A stretch of DNA of 63,837 nucleotides, filler included, from Ministeria vibrans ATCC 50519 (taxonomy: Eukaryota > Protista > Filasterea), in assembly GCA_943704425.1 (NCBI GenBank). It is 4 parts of 4 records of this genome, joined end to end, with 100 filler letters (N's around TTAATTAATTAA, not from the genome) between each part and the next. Parts side by side here need not be neighbours in the genome. Positions count along the whole stretch, not along the records: positions 18,843 to 34,791 come from CALSCP010000739.1; positions 34,892 to 38,542 come from CALSCP010002775.1; positions 38,643 to 63,837 come from CALSCP010001226.1; 1 more part is not named here. One strand, given 5' to 3'. Below, piece by piece: positions 27,003-41,333 of the stretch. Each line of letters begins with the position of its first letter. Position 1 is the first letter of the stretch. The position numbers were made by a program, and so were the translations under genes. The notes under the pieces were generated by a model. It searched no databases, was not told the DNA's origin, and saw only the letters and a program-made list of their open reading frames with translations.

Positions 27003-27938
27003 CTATTGTGTTGCATGGCTTGCCACTCGTCCACGCAAAGTGGGTGGTTTTGATTTGAGGCGTGTGTCGGTATGTATTGGATCTGTTGATAAAAGCGCTT
27101 CGTTTACAAGTCCAATGCGGGACGTGTCTTGGAGCCCTGAAAGACACGTTTGTTCAGCATCTCCCAGTCGGTGTTGCAAATTTGACGATCGCACACCACG
27201 GCCTGGTGGAAGTCGGAGTTGGCGGCGACGAGGCCACCATGCAGCAGGAAACCACTGTCGAGGTAGGTTGAGACTACGTCGACAAACCCCGACTGATGCA
27301 CCTGCACGGGCGTCGACACGGCTTGCACCCGAGAGCCAGTGCTAACTTGCCTTATTTGCAAGCTTTGCAGTCCAAGGGGTAGGTCGGGGGAAGCAGCGGT
27401 TTTTGAAACGGGTGTTCCAGGGTTAGGTGAACTGAATGTGCTACCACTCTGGCATGCCGATTGACCCGACTGGGAAATGACAACGTACGATTTCTTTCTC
27501 TGCACGGGTGCGACGGTCGACGGAGCATTCGAGCATATGACCGGTCACCTAAGAAGAAGAAAAGACGCAATAAGCCATCCAAGGTCATTCGAGGATCAAC
27601 CTCGAAAAATAATAATAATAATAATTCCGTACCTTAAACGACGCGGTTTCGGGGTCAAAAGTGACCTTTGAATCATTGACCATTACGGTATTGTCGTCAA
27701 TAGCACGTAGCACAACAGTAGCGGGAAAGAGCGCATCTTCAAGCGCGGAATTCACCGTTTCCGGTCGGATGGAAATCCGGACGGGTGTGTCTGACCGGGG
27801 CGGTGCAGGCCCCGATGAGGCACCGGCAGGTTGAGAACTAAAGTGTCCAGATATACCGGTGGCTGCTTGTTGCGCCGGTTTCTGTGTCGGTTTGAACGCC
27901 GTAGAAGACTGACCACCAAACATAAATGCTCGAGACAT
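27003..27938 (-). CDS. Hypothetical protein, multi-exon
   Basis: ORF MSRAFMFGG... ends at a GT donor (~27632); further GC-richer exon-like blocks run to a stop at 27003; no recognised motif. Confidence 0.4.
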
Positions 27939-28429
27939 TATATTCTATTCTTCTTGCTGTAGCTAGGAGGGTGTGGGTGACTGGGTGTAGACTGTAGAGT
28001 GATGGGTAATGGAGAACGGCAGTATAATATAAAACAAAATTACTAGAATATTTCCAAATAGTAAATTCATTCCGGAAAAATTGCTCTCGTACTTGGTACT
28101 TCTGATATGTGCAGAATAGACCATAAACTCTCACTCAAGGCTCTATGAACAACATTGTATCTCATTTGACTTTCCACCATGTCGATACGCCCACCAACTG
28201 CGTCTGCATCTCTCTCTCTCTCTCTCTCTCTCTTTGTTTCTCTCTCCATGCTATGGTGCTCACCTTGCCCACACTAGACTTCTTCCCCACGAGTGAGCGA
28301 GTGGCACCAGTACCTTTCGTACACGACTGTGCAATTCTAAAATTGTCAGAAACATGATGACTATTGGCGTTGTGCGCCGAGCAAATACCCGATAGACAGA
28401 AAGATAAGAAAAAAAACGTTACATTTGGT

Positions 28430-29451
<1,022 letters not shown>

Positions 29452-29599
29452 GGCAAGCAGACTTCAGAAGACGACGGCTACAGACAAGGAGGGAGTGTAC
29501 GAAGGGTCGGAGGGTGAGCCAATTTGGAAAAAATTTACTCGATCCGTTGATCTATTTGTAATCATAAATCACTTCACAATCATATCGCTTCTGTCATCG

Positions 29600-31475
29600 A
29601 TGAGAATCGTTCTGGTTACGTGTCTTGTGGCCGTGGCGTCGGCCGCGGTGCCAATTGGGACGTTTGGACAGCGGAATTATCAAAAACAAGAAATTGTGGC
29701 GTTGACTCACGTAAGTTCGGCGCTCTCTGCACATCCCGGGCCGTGTGCCGCACTCACACCGTGCCATCGTCGTTTATTGTTGTAGTTCAACATGGCCACC
29801 TTCGTTGGGGGAGGTACCACTCGCTGTCTCGTTTGTTTTTCGTCACTTGACTGTTTCTTTTTTTTTCCTCACCGCTCGACAGGCAACAACATCTGTAATG
29901 CGGAGAACTGGGCCGACTCGCACCACCCCAAGCACTTCAACCCAGCCCGGCTGAACGTGAGCAACTGGATGGAGTCGTACAGGGCGCTGGGGGCGCGGTC
30001 GGCGCTGCTGACGGCCAAGCACGGCTGCGGCTTCCTCCTCTACCCGACCAAGACAACGCTGCCGTCCGGCGAGCGCTTCTACTACGACACGTTTGGGCCG
30101 GGTGCGATCCAGCGTGATGTGCTGCGTGAGTTTGTCGACGCGTGCAAAGCCAACGGTTTGGGCTTTGGCTTCTACTACAACCTCAAGACGTCGTACTTCT
30201 TCAACGTCCAGAACGGCCAGCCGCTGCCGCCGGCGACCCTCCAGCCGGGCCAGTACGAGATTTCCTACGAGGACTACTCGGCTCTGTCGCTTGCGCAGGA
30301 GAAGGAGCTTTGGACACAGTATGGCAATCTCACCGAAATCTGGTAAGTGCGCTCTCTAATAATAATAATAATAACAATAATAACAATAATAATTATTTTG
30401 ATTATTATTGCGGGTTTTTTTGTGTTACTAATGGTCATTCTCTTCCTTCGTCTTTTTCGCTGTGTTTCTTAGGTTTGACGGGGGTGTACTACCCGACATT
30501 GCCAATGCCATTCAGGTGCAGCTGCGCGAGACACAGCCCAATGTGGCCGCATTCAACGGATATGGCGCATCAGACAAGTACACAACGAGAGAGAGACACT
30601 GAGAGGAGAAGGAAACAAAGTGATAGAGAGAGAGAGAAGGGGGAAGGAAACAAAGTGTTCGAGAGAGCGAGAGAGAATAGGGACGAAGAATGAACAAAGT
30701 GATAGAGAGAGAGAAGGGAGAAGGAAACAAAGTGTTCGAGAGAGCGAGAGAGAAGAGGGACGAAGAATGAACAAAGTGATATTAACTTTGTGGGCTTCCC
30801 TTTTTTTGTAGTCCTACTTGTTGGGATGCGACTGAGAGCGGATCGATTGGATCGCATTTGTACTCTCAGGGAAACGTCACCGGCACAGGAAACCCCTTTT
30901 CCGACGTGTACTGTCCCAAAACGTGTGACACAACTCTTCAAGTAAGACAAGGTTGTGTGTTTGTGTGAGAGAGAGACTCACATCCGTTCTTTCCGTATGC
31001 AGGAGAATGACGCGTGGTTTTTTGCACCGACGGATGCCATCCGGTCACTGCAGGAGCTTATCCAAGTGTACCACAACACGGTGGGAAACAACGGAGTGCT
31101 CGAACTCGACTTTGGCATTAACACAGACGTAAGATGGAAGGAAGCAAGTCGTCTGAGTGTGACATAATTTTCTATGTATATCGTTCTGATTGTATACAAT
31201 ATACTCGGTGTGTCTCTCTCTTTCTTTGTGTAGGGTCTGGTTGAGCCCAGTCAGGCTGCCCGGTATCTAGAGTTTGGCAACTGGATCCGCTCGTGCTACG
31301 GCCAGTCTGGTACACTTTTCTCTCTATTTTTTTTTTCTCAAACATTATTATTGGTATTTTTCTGTGCAGTGGCCGAGTCGAGTGAGAACGCGCAGATTGT
31401 GACAGTGGCTCTGCCTGCGCCAACAGAGATTGATCGGGTGATGGTCCAAGAGGACATTGACTACGGAGAAGTGTA

Positions 31476-31550
<75 letters not shown>

Positions 31551-31870
31551 GCGCGCGCGCTTCCATGCACTCAGTGTGTTACACTCAACACTTCCTCAAC
31601 ACTCACTCTTCTTCACTCTGTTTTACTTGCTTAATTTCACCACTTCCTCGCTCTATATTCAGAATCCGTGCGTATGTCGTTGAGTACCAGACGAGCAGCA
31701 GCGGCAGCGTGTGGAACACCTTTGGCGAAGGCACCGGCGTGGGCTTCAAAACCATTCTGCTGGGGAAGAGTGTCTCCGATGTGACGCGCGTGCGTCTCAC
31801 CGTCACTGTCATTGAGGGGCCTCTCCACCTTACTCGCTTTGCTGTATTCAAGCCGTGTCCCTTTGCCTGA
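29600..31870 (+). CDS. Secreted alpha-L-fucosidase (GH29) with C-terminal beta-sandwich, many exons
   Basis: Signal peptide, HFNMATF, FNPARLN..NW, LTAKHGCGFLLYP, nucleophile motif TEIWFDG, YHNTVGNNGVLEL, MVQEDI..GE.IR. Confidence 0.88.
30600..30782. repeat. Intronic ~77-bp tandem duplication containing the motif AACAAAGTGATAGAGAGAG
   Basis: aaggaaacaaagtgttcgagagagcgagagag...gggacgaagaatgaacaaagtgat occurs twice. Confidence 0.8.
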
Positions 31871-32025
31871 TTTTCGATGTACACACCCACATACATACAT
31901 GCATGCATCTCTCTCTTTCTCTCTCTCTTTTTCTCTTCTCTTTCTCACTGCTCTGGCTAAGCAAATATGGTGTGTGTGCACTCAACGAAAAAGAATAAAA
32001 AACGGAAACTCACGGCAAAGTAGGA

Positions 32026-34287
32026 TCAGGGCATTGCGTTGATAATGGCGTCGAGCTTGCCCGATTCCTCAAGGGCAAGGACCTCGTCGTACGAACCGAT
32101 GTACTCGTCGTCAACAAACAGCATAGGCATCATGCGCTTGCCGTCAGCCTTCTCGAAGATCTTGTCGCGCGTCTCCTTGGTCATGTCGACATCCTACGCG
32201 AACACAAAAAGAGTGTCAGTGGTGATACGACTGGTTTGGATGTTGTTTACCACTGGTGTCCAGGGCACAAACGAGTTCTTCATGTGCACTCCCTTGCTCT
32301 CCAGCAGATTTTGCAGCTACAGAAAACAAGAGACAAAGAAAAAAAGAAAAAGAAAAAGAGAGAAAGTGATAGAGAGAGTGAGAGTAATAACGAAAAAAAG
32401 AAGAGAGAGAAAAAAGTTAGCTTTCACGACACTCCCAAAGACAAACAATCGTACGGAAGTGGTGTTGGAGCGCACAACTTGTGACGAGGTGGTGGTCGAG
32501 TAGAAGCCAACAATCTTGTTCTCGTAGCCGAGAGAGGGGCCCTTTCGCTCCTTGGCGCCGTCTACGGTGACCTTCCAGGGGCTACCAGTGATATGCTCGC
32601 CGTCGAGCTTGGCAGCGATAGTGTACTCACCGGGCGCAGTGGGCGTGTATGTGCAGTCCCATGAGCCATCGCCCTTGGGCTTGACCTGGGGCGCCGCGTC
32701 GTCGCCAGGGCCATCGACAGTCACGACGAGCTTGGCCGAAGGCGACGGGGGGTTCGACTTGATGCAGAAGGCAGCCGGTTGCTTGGCTGTGCCCTTGCTA
32801 ATGCCCTCGCCAGCGGCGCTCGCAGCTGGGCCGGGAATAGTCACCTTGAAGGGCGAGCCGGGAACGGCCACCGCGTCCAACTTGACATGGACTACAACAA
32901 ATAGAGAAGAAGAAAAAACGATTAACACAACGGCAGTCTACTAGTAAACAACAACAACAACAGCAACAACAGCAATGGTAATAAAATAATAGTAATAATA
33001 ATACTAATAATACTAATAAAATCTATTTTGTTACCAAGGTAGACACCAGGGGTCTTGGGAGTGTACTCGCAGTTCCACTTGCCCTCGCCGGCGGGCGTGA
33101 CCGTTGCCTGGCAAGGGTCCTTGGGGCCATCAACCTTGACTGTCAACTGGCCGCCAAAAGGCGCGGACTGTGTGGCGACAAAGGGTGCTGCGTCACCGGC
33201 AGCGACACCTTCGGACTCAATGCCGCGGCCGGCCACCTTGATGCCGGCTGCCTCAGGACCCGCCGCCTTGACGACGGGCGCTGCCTTGCCCGGCTTGGCT
33301 GTCGTAAAGTACGAAATGTACGTCATGACCGACAGATCATCCACATCCGGGTTGATCATGTCCTTGGCGGCAAGCACGTCGGGAATGTCGAGGTTGTCCT
33401 TGGCGCCCGAGATGCCCTTCTGCGCTGTCGTCAGGCCCGGGCTCTGTGAGCTCCAGTCGGGCAGTCCGCCGCCGCACGCATTCACCAGCGCACATACCGC
33501 CACTCCCGAGTTCCAGTCCTTGTTGAAGTTGGTCACTCCTCCATGGCCCACCGACTTCACCTTGGCGTTCACCCAATCCAGAAGAGCAGCCTTTTCAATC
33601 ATAATAATAATAGAACAAGATACAAAAGAGAATGAATAAATAAGGAAATGGTTGGGCCTCTTCACGAATGCAATACCTTGGGGCTCTTTCCGCCGGCCTT
33701 GACACCCAGGCTGATCTGGTACTTTTGAATCAGAGTCCAAATGAGACCCAAAATAAGCTTTTGACTGCCGTTAACAATGTCTATTCCACAAACACGAGTA
33801 AAAAGTTACAGTTATTATTAATAATGTATTACGATGAATTCGTATTGTCGTTTGCGATTGATAACAATAAACAATTACAAATATGTTGAACTTTTTCGAT
33901 TATTACGTCTTTAAGAATATGAATAATAAAAATAATTATTATTATTTTTGTACCTTCGTTGCCAATGTTAACCAGCTTCACTCCATCATCAGTAATCAAC
34001 TAAAACAAGAAATGAATAGGGTTAGTGAAGACAATCTTGTGAAACGATCACTCTCACCTTGAGCGCCAGACTGGCGTTCTCAAGCTTCTGTGCGAACATT
34101 TTCGGGTTGCGGTTCACTTTGCCGACCTTCACCTCCTACACGCAAAAAAAAAAAAAAAAAAAAACAACAGTTCGCTGTAAGGGGTAGAGCGACGACGAGC
34201 AGTGGTTATAGACGGGGTACCTTCTTTTGGGCGGTGGAGACGAGCAGCTCGACAAGGTGACAGAGCATAATGCCACTGTTCAGATCC
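32026..34287 (-). CDS. Short filamin/gelation-factor-like protein: CH1-CH2 actin-binding domain, two filamin Ig repeats, C-terminal SH3BGR/glutaredoxin-like domain (5' end not seen before the gap)
   Basis: DLNSGIMLCHLVE, KLVNIGNEDIVNGSQKLILGLIWTLI, LLDWVN...NFNKDWNSG...DDLSVMTYISYF; two repeats VDGP...G.W.C.YTP..PG.Y...GSP(F/W); tail MPMLFVDDEYIGSYDEV..LEESGKL. Confidence 0.88.
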
Positions 34288-34791
34288 TACTCAGAAAACA
34301 CAATTACACGACGTCAGCAGGGCACACGACGAAGACAGGACCGCACACGAAAGAGGTCTATTGACAGTGACGCGGGCGAGCAAGTGAGGCAGGCGATCGG
34401 CGATTGGCGCGGCGAGCGAGGCGAGCGAGAGTGATTTTCAGGCCAAGGTGTGAAATTGCCAAAAATAGTGCAGAATAGTCGAACGCAGCGAGAAACATTG
34501 ACGGGGGAGATCGGAGCGACAGGGTCGACACGTGGTGTACGGTCACGCCGCGTGGATGCATGCGGAGGATGGCGCGCGCCGATCGGAAGTCGTTGCGGCC
34601 GTCGGGCGGATGACGTCGCCAGAAAAGAACGCTGACGCCCAAACAAACCCGATTTCAGGCACTTGGCGCGATGGGAAGCGTTCAACCGCGGGCAAGAGAG
34701 GTACATACATGTGGCCCAAGAGTGTTAATGGTGCGTGCACGTTGAAACACACACAAAGTTCAGCGCGATTGGGTAAAGGAGAGAAAAAAAA

Positions 34792-34891
34792 NNNNNNNNN
34801 NNNNNNNNNNNNNNNNNNNNNNNNNNNNNNNNNNNTTAATTAATTAANNNNNNNNNNNNNNNNNNNNNNNNNNNNNNNNNNNNNNNNNNNN
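34792..34891. other. Artificial contig spacer
   Basis: N-run, TTAATTAATTAA, N-run (100 nt). Confidence 0.98.
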
Positions 34892-35499
34892 GGGGGGGGG
34901 ATATGCCGCAGATACTAATCCATCGCGGCACCCAGTGATTTCACCCAAGCGAACCCCGCGTATTTTTCCCACTGCCCACCCAAAATAAACACACAGTTAC
35001 GATAACAAGCACGCCAGCCGTTCTAGGTCTGCAGCGCTAGCCAACCCGCGCCGCCTGTGTACCACGGGAGCGCCCCGCAGCCACCTGGACTTGCCGCCGC
35101 CGACCACCGATGGACCACTGATCCGATTGCTTCAACCACAACTTCGACTTTACACTCCTTGCCGACAGACACCTTCATGGTGTCAGAGCCCTAAGCCCCC
35201 AATGGGGGTATGGCGTACCATTGCAATTGCCTCACGGGATAGCGACGACACAGCACTCTGACCTGCCACTGTTCTCCCATGTTACCTCTAGAGTTTCGGT
35301 TGGGTTTGCAAGGCGATCTAATGTCTGGATGTGCCTTTGCGTGGTCTTCTTCTTCTTCTTCCTGTATCATTAATATAATGGGTTATATTCTTATTATTAT
35401 TATTATATTGTTTGTTATTATTGTATTCATGTCCTTATTCTCCATACACCCGATGGCACTACCTTTGGGTAACTGTCAGACCACAAAAAAGAACAACGT

Positions 35500-37110
35500 G
35501 TCCTACAAAAGAGTATTATTATTGGTATTATGGGTATTATTGGTTATTGGTAATTTTAATTTAATACTACGTACGCTCTTTGACTTCTTCATGACACAAA
35601 GAGTCGCAGTGGTTCCATTTGATTTAACGGGAATGCACACAATGGGACCAAAGCCAGCCCTGACCATGTAGGCGCCCTCAAGCGTTGGAACTTTGATGTG
35701 AAAACTGAAACGAGATAGGGCACATAGAACTGTTGCTGCGGTAAAACGGACCAAAGCGGTTTCGCCGTTTTCCGCCACCTCTTCAAGAGTTTGGTCCCCC
35801 CGTTCCACTGTTGCCTGTAGAGTGCAAAGCATGTGCTTTGCGTACTGTTTTCCCGTCTTGGGGGCTCTCCAGACGAGCGCCTAAACCATTTTTTATGTGG
35901 CATCCACGATAGTGCATAAGAATAACTGTTGGTGAACACACATTTACAATACGAACATGTACCTGCTGCGTTGAGGCGCACGCGCGATCACGCACATGTT
36001 TGGCCTGGAGGTTCGGGCTGGATCTCAATGGACAGGCGCCCATGGCAACGGGACGGGGAGATTGGGCTGCAGCTGCAGCCGCAGCTGCGGCAACGGCCGT
36101 GCTCTGGGTGTCCGCATAACTCGCCCCATAATACATTTCCGCTTCGCCAGTGAGTTCCTCAATCATCTTATCTGTCATACTAAATGGGGAAGCCCGTTGT
36201 CTGTCCACCTGTCGCAGCTGTTCTCCGAAAGCCGCGGTGACTTCCGTCGATAGATTTGGTGCCGGTTGCATGAATTCGGACGGACTGTACGACAAAGTCA
36301 AGGTCGAAAACAGAAAGTCCTACATGTACCAACACTGAATAGTTAACATGAAAGTCCTTTGACTTTGCATTGCACTTAGTACCTCTGATTGGTCAAAATT
36401 CGCAACGGCAAGGGTGAACTCCTCAACTTCTCTCTCAAACGACAAGAGCACAACCAGCATAGCAAAATACTAAGTAGAACAGCGAAATTAAAGAGAGGTG
36501 AACAATAGGTTTCGTGTGCTGCTTATTACCTCGTTATCGATAGGACTGGTGATAATCTTGATCTTTCCCTGTGACCGACAGATATATTGGCCCCTGAGTC
36601 TTTTGGAAACAGGCACTGACAGATACTTGGGACACGTGTCATGCGCAACTTCTCCGTCCAGCTGGGCCACATTGGAAGGGAACAGGATCCAGGCACCAAA
36701 CTGTTGCTCCACCAGCTGGATGAATTCCGAGTGGATGGAACTAGCAAGTTCCCGAAAGTTTTCGTTGACCGGATTCCAGTTCATCTCATTGCACAGATCA
36801 GCCACAAAGGCTGTCTGTAGCTCGAGATCAATTAGGTGTCGGATAGGAATAATATGAACCAATCCCAACGGATCATCGTCGCCCTGAGGAACCATTGCAG
36901 TCCTCTAAGAATGAGACGGCGATTTAGTACAAGGCGTTGAGAGATTCTGCTGCTCATCGTTGGATCAGTACGCACCCGTAGTCCAGGTCGAGGGATCTCG
37001 CGCGAAAGTTCTAACCGCAGTTGCGCTTCAGTGCGCCCTAGTAGTCTACAAAGAAGAATGTTTACTTCCTCCGTCGTAACACCCGCAAACTCGAAAAATA
37101 AAAAGAAAGG
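35500..37110 (-). CDS. Hypothetical multi-exon protein of unknown family
   Basis: Phase-compatible GT-AG exons: ...IPRPGLR|RTAMVPQGDDDP...IDNE|REVEEFTLAVANFDQSE|DFLFSTLTLSYSP...; ends uncertain. Confidence 0.5.
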
Positions 37111-38148
37111 AAGAAGCGCCGATACACAGATCCAGTGAGATCCCAGAAAGGTTGCAAAACAGACACAAAAATAACAAAAAATACAATAATAAAATTTTAT
37201 TACTAAAAATAAACTGAAAACTAAATTATTATTGTATAAAATAACAATCGCGAGCGCAAACGAACGAAAGAGTTATATGAAGGAAGTGAGTTCCTTTACA
37301 CGCACAACCTCTGTCCGTCTCCCCTGGACCTTGTCCGATGCCCATGCGAGCAAGAGACAGCCTGACCACCAGTGTGAGTCAGTGTCTGACCAATGCCAGG
37401 GGGTTGACCACGACGGATTCCACGTCGCAATGGGCGAACACCCACCCAGCGACAACAGAGAGTGCCACCACCACCACCACCACCACCACCACCACCACCC
37501 AGGGGGAACAACCTCAGCGCACGATGGATAATGAGACAAGGAGAACCCCGCACACACGGTGTAGAGCATGCCAGCATGCTGCTTCACGTTTTGCCTCTGC
37601 TCAAGCGAACACCATTTTCTCCAACCAAGGCAAACCTATTTTTTTTTTCTCAGGCAGAAATCACGCAACGCAAACGGCTACAGGAAGGCTTGGCTGTTGC
37701 GGGACGATGCAGTACAGACCCATTGGTGTCCACTAGGATGGCAGCAATGGCGGGAGACCAAGCAGGCAAGCCCCTACGACGGGCGTTGCATTCTTTTTCG
37801 CCCAAAGGAGCAAAATAACAGAAGCACATCAACCAAGGCACAAAAAGAGCAACCAACCCTACCCTTCGTTTTCCATGGTGTATTCAAACGGAACCAAGCG
37901 GTGTTAGAGAGAGAAGGAAAGAAAAATCAGTTTACTGTTTATTTGTCATTTGATGCAAAGTATAAACCTTGAAACTTGATCGTCCGCGTTGAGAAAAAAT
38001 GACACAAGCTACAGTGCATTTCTGATTAATCAGACTATCAGAGTAAAAAAACTCATAAAAGCGAATGCTACTACCCAGTCTTCCATACTTTGTGAGATTC
38101 TTTGTGTGCGTCCAAAGAAAGAGCAATACAGAGTGTGTTTGTTTACAT

Positions 38149-38358
38149 TTACAACAGGAAGTGGCGCCAGGCCGGATGAGACCGCCAGTCGCAACGCACG
38201 CGCTCCATCACCCCACTCTCAGTCAACTGCAACGCCCAGAGCGAGTCGATTCCAGCGCGCTCCAGATACGCATGGGCCTCGCGGTAGAACAGGCCGACCT
38301 GCTCAGGACTGTGACTGTCGTCGCACAGTGTAAAGCGTCCGCCCAACTCCATCACAAT
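38149..38358 (-). CDS. HIS2: Last exon of a PHP-family histidinol-phosphatase (fungal His2 type); rest lost at the gap
   Basis: GGRFTLCDDSHSPEQVGLFY matches the His2 C-terminal metal-binding motif GGRF.LSDDSH...QVG..Y; preceded by an AG acceptor. Confidence 0.75.
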   Translation of the reverse strand: MVMELGGRFTLCDDSHSPEQVGLFYREAHAYLERAGIDSLWALQLTESGVMERVRCDWRSHPAWRHFLL

Positions 38359-38479
38359 CTATGACATGACAATACTTTGAATACATACATGCTCTCTCTC
38401 TCTCCCTCTCTTCAGCACTTTTTTTTTTCTATCTCTATCAATTTGTTTCCCTCTGTTTCTGTACGTCTCTCTCTACCAT

Positions 38480-38519
<40 letters not shown>

Positions 38520-38542
38520 CCCTGTGACGCCTACATTAGTAT

Positions 38543-38642
38543 NNNNNNNNNNNNNNNNNNNNNNNNNNNNNNNNNNNNNNNNNNNNTTAATTAATTAANN
38601 NNNNNNNNNNNNNNNNNNNNNNNNNNNNNNNNNNNNNNNNNN
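38543..38642. other. Artificial contig spacer
   Basis: N-run, TTAATTAATTAA, N-run (100 nt). Confidence 0.98.
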
Positions 38643-41029
38643 CTGCCACCAAGGACACACGCACCAAGAAGCACACAACGACCATTTCGCTGCTGCTTTC
38701 CGAGGAGGGTGGCGAGGCCTACCTCCCCATGGTCGCTGTTGTCGCGCAGCAGTCCAGCGTGAACCCTACAAACAACATTCGTCTGACGGCGACGCTGTAT
38801 GACGACGAAGGTGCCGCACTGGACGGCTTCCGAGAGCTCAGTTGGTCCGTCGACACGGTGGTCAACTACGGTACGGCCGATCTGACTGCCGCGGGCACTG
38901 TGTGCTCGGTGAACGGCATGACGTCGCTGCCGACACTCTGTGTTGCTGCTTCGACCCTGGGCGCCAACCGTCTTTACCGATTCCGCATGACTGACGTTGC
39001 CACGGGCTCGTACGGTTACGTCGATGTCTATGTCAACAGCGGCCCTACTGGTGGTGCACTGACGGTGACGCCCGCGTCCGGCGGCGTCGCCATGTCGACC
39101 TTGTTCACGCTGTCGGCCGACCAGTTTGCCGATGCGCACTCGCCCATCCAGTACCTGATGAGCTTTGTCGATTCGACTGGCGCGGCACACGTGCTGAGCC
39201 CGCTGTCGCCGTCGGCGACATTCGAGACGATGCTTCCGGCGGGCTCGTCCAAGGACAACAAGCTGACGCTGCGCGTGACCGCCGTAGATGCGTTTGGAGC
39301 CTCGTCGAGTGTGGACACAACCATCACACTGCTGCCGTGGGTGTCAACGGCGCCCACTGCTGCCGAGATTGACGCGGAGCTGTGCGACGAGATGTCGACA
39401 GCCGTCAGTGCCCTTGACCCGGCGCAGACTGCAAGTTACGTTTCGGGCATGTACGGCGTGCTGCAGACGGTGAATGATGAGACGACCTCATGCACGTCGT
39501 GCCGGGCGCAGGTGATCAATGAAATTGGCGAGCGCATTGGCCTTGTCTTCAGCACCATGGCGGGAACCATTGAAGAGCTCCAGCAGGTTGCGGACACGAC
39601 CGAGCTTGCACTGTCCATTGCTCAGGATTGCGATACGGCTCAGCTGACAAACATGGACTTCTGGTGCAAGAGCATGCAGCTGACGCTTAACGCTTACATG
39701 CTCCCGCTGTCGTCGTACTACACGCAGACTGGTGCGCTGCCCTCAAGCGAGCTCGACCCGGAGATCTCTCAGCAGCTTGTGAACATTCTGAACCTGCAGA
39801 CGTCGCTTGGCTGCGAGCAGAACATGGAGGAGATCACTGGCCAAATTGCGATGATTTCGTCGTTCCTTATGGCGCCCGGTGACGCGCCTCTGTCGTACGT
39901 GAGCGGCAACATGCGCGTGTCGTTCAGCAAGGTCAACCTCATGGTCGACTCAAACAACGGCACGGTGGGCGGTGTTATGTGCGCCTCGGGCTCAACCTGC
40001 CCGTCGGTGACCTTTGACCGTGACGAGCTCGTTGATATTATTGGTGATCTCCAGAACGTCCTTATTGTGGCCAACATGTACGAGACGTCGCCCTTCTCCG
40101 CTGAGTCGTGGGCGGCCATTGCCACGTGCGGCAACTCGCAGACGGTGGACGTGCAGCTGATTGATGCGGCCGTGATGGAGGCGGAAGCCCTTGAGATCTC
40201 GGGTATGACGCAGCCCGCGGAGATTGTCATTCCGTACCCGAGCAACTGTGCCTCAACCGTGGTCATTGCGGCCAAGTGCGAGTGGTACAACGAGACGTCG
40301 AAGACGTGGGTCGAGTCGGGTGTGCAAGGCGTCGTTGTGAATGGTGTCACGACATGCGAGACTTCGCACTTGACTGCCTTCCAGATGGTCACCACCTACG
40401 GCGTTGACAGCGGTGCTCAGGGCTCCGGCACGGGCAGTTCGTCGTCGTCGTCGTCCATGGTTCTGTACGGCGCCATTGCCGGTGTGGCCATATTCGCCGT
40501 GGTCATCATTGCGCTCATTGCGCTGTTTGTGCATCGCAACAGCGAGAAGTACAACCGCGGCGCGGTCTTCAACGTGATAAGCAAGACGGAGAACGAGACG
40601 GAGAAGAAGAAGGGGTTCAACATGTACATCCTGCAAGAGCACGGTCTGGAGGTGCCGACGACCGAGAGCGACGACACTGCCGGCATGTGGGACACTGGCG
40701 AGGCGTCTGAGGACGAGATGTACGGCTCAATCGAGGACAGCGTCTCGCACGGAGGTGGACTTGCCAAGCAGCCCAGCATGACATCGCAGTCGTCCTTCTG
40801 GATCAACCCGATGCTTCTGCTCGACGGTGCGACCACGGAGGAGTCGACTGCCGACAACGGCATGGTTCTTGACGACTCGTCAGCCGGCGGCTTCTCGTCG
40901 ACGGCGAGTGCTGCGGCGCGTCGTCAGAGCATCATTTCGTCGCTCGCAAGCGCCAACATGTTGACGGACCGCACTCTGCAGCCCATGGCCTCCACTACCG
41001 AGGACCCCGACACCGAGTTCATGTGTTGA
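38643..41029 (+). CDS. REJ plus GAIN/GPS single-pass membrane protein (polycystin-1/PKDREJ-like ectodomain), 5' truncated, no introns in this part
   Basis: VNSGPTGGALTVTPASG..MSTLFTL...D...PIQY...LPAG...V.AVDAFGA (REJ); C.WYNETSKTW...G....CETSHLTAF (GPS); one TM helix; acidic tail. Confidence 0.85.
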
Positions 41030-41046
41030 GCGTGTGACGTGGTTGC

Positions 41047-41081
<35 letters not shown>

Positions 41082-41333
41082 ATAATAAGTGAAAGATTAC
41101 TTTGGCTTATTTACAAACTAAGGCGATTGAATCAATTTTATGCATTGAGCACAGAGTAGTGACTAGTAATAATTTAAATTAGTTCATGTTAATCATATGT
41201 TAATCATGTATATTATTGTATTTAGTATTATGATAACCGACTTTCATTTTTCAAAAATAATGCGCGTTCTTTTTGCTCTTGTTTACTCATGACGTCATTT
41301 TCTCTCCAAACACTCCAACGAAACACATAAAAA

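Noticed and set aside
38155-38180. ...ACA..TGGCGCC as an LTR primer-binding site
   Set aside because: It lies in the antisense of the HIS2 last exon, with no extended tRNA complementarity or LTR pair.
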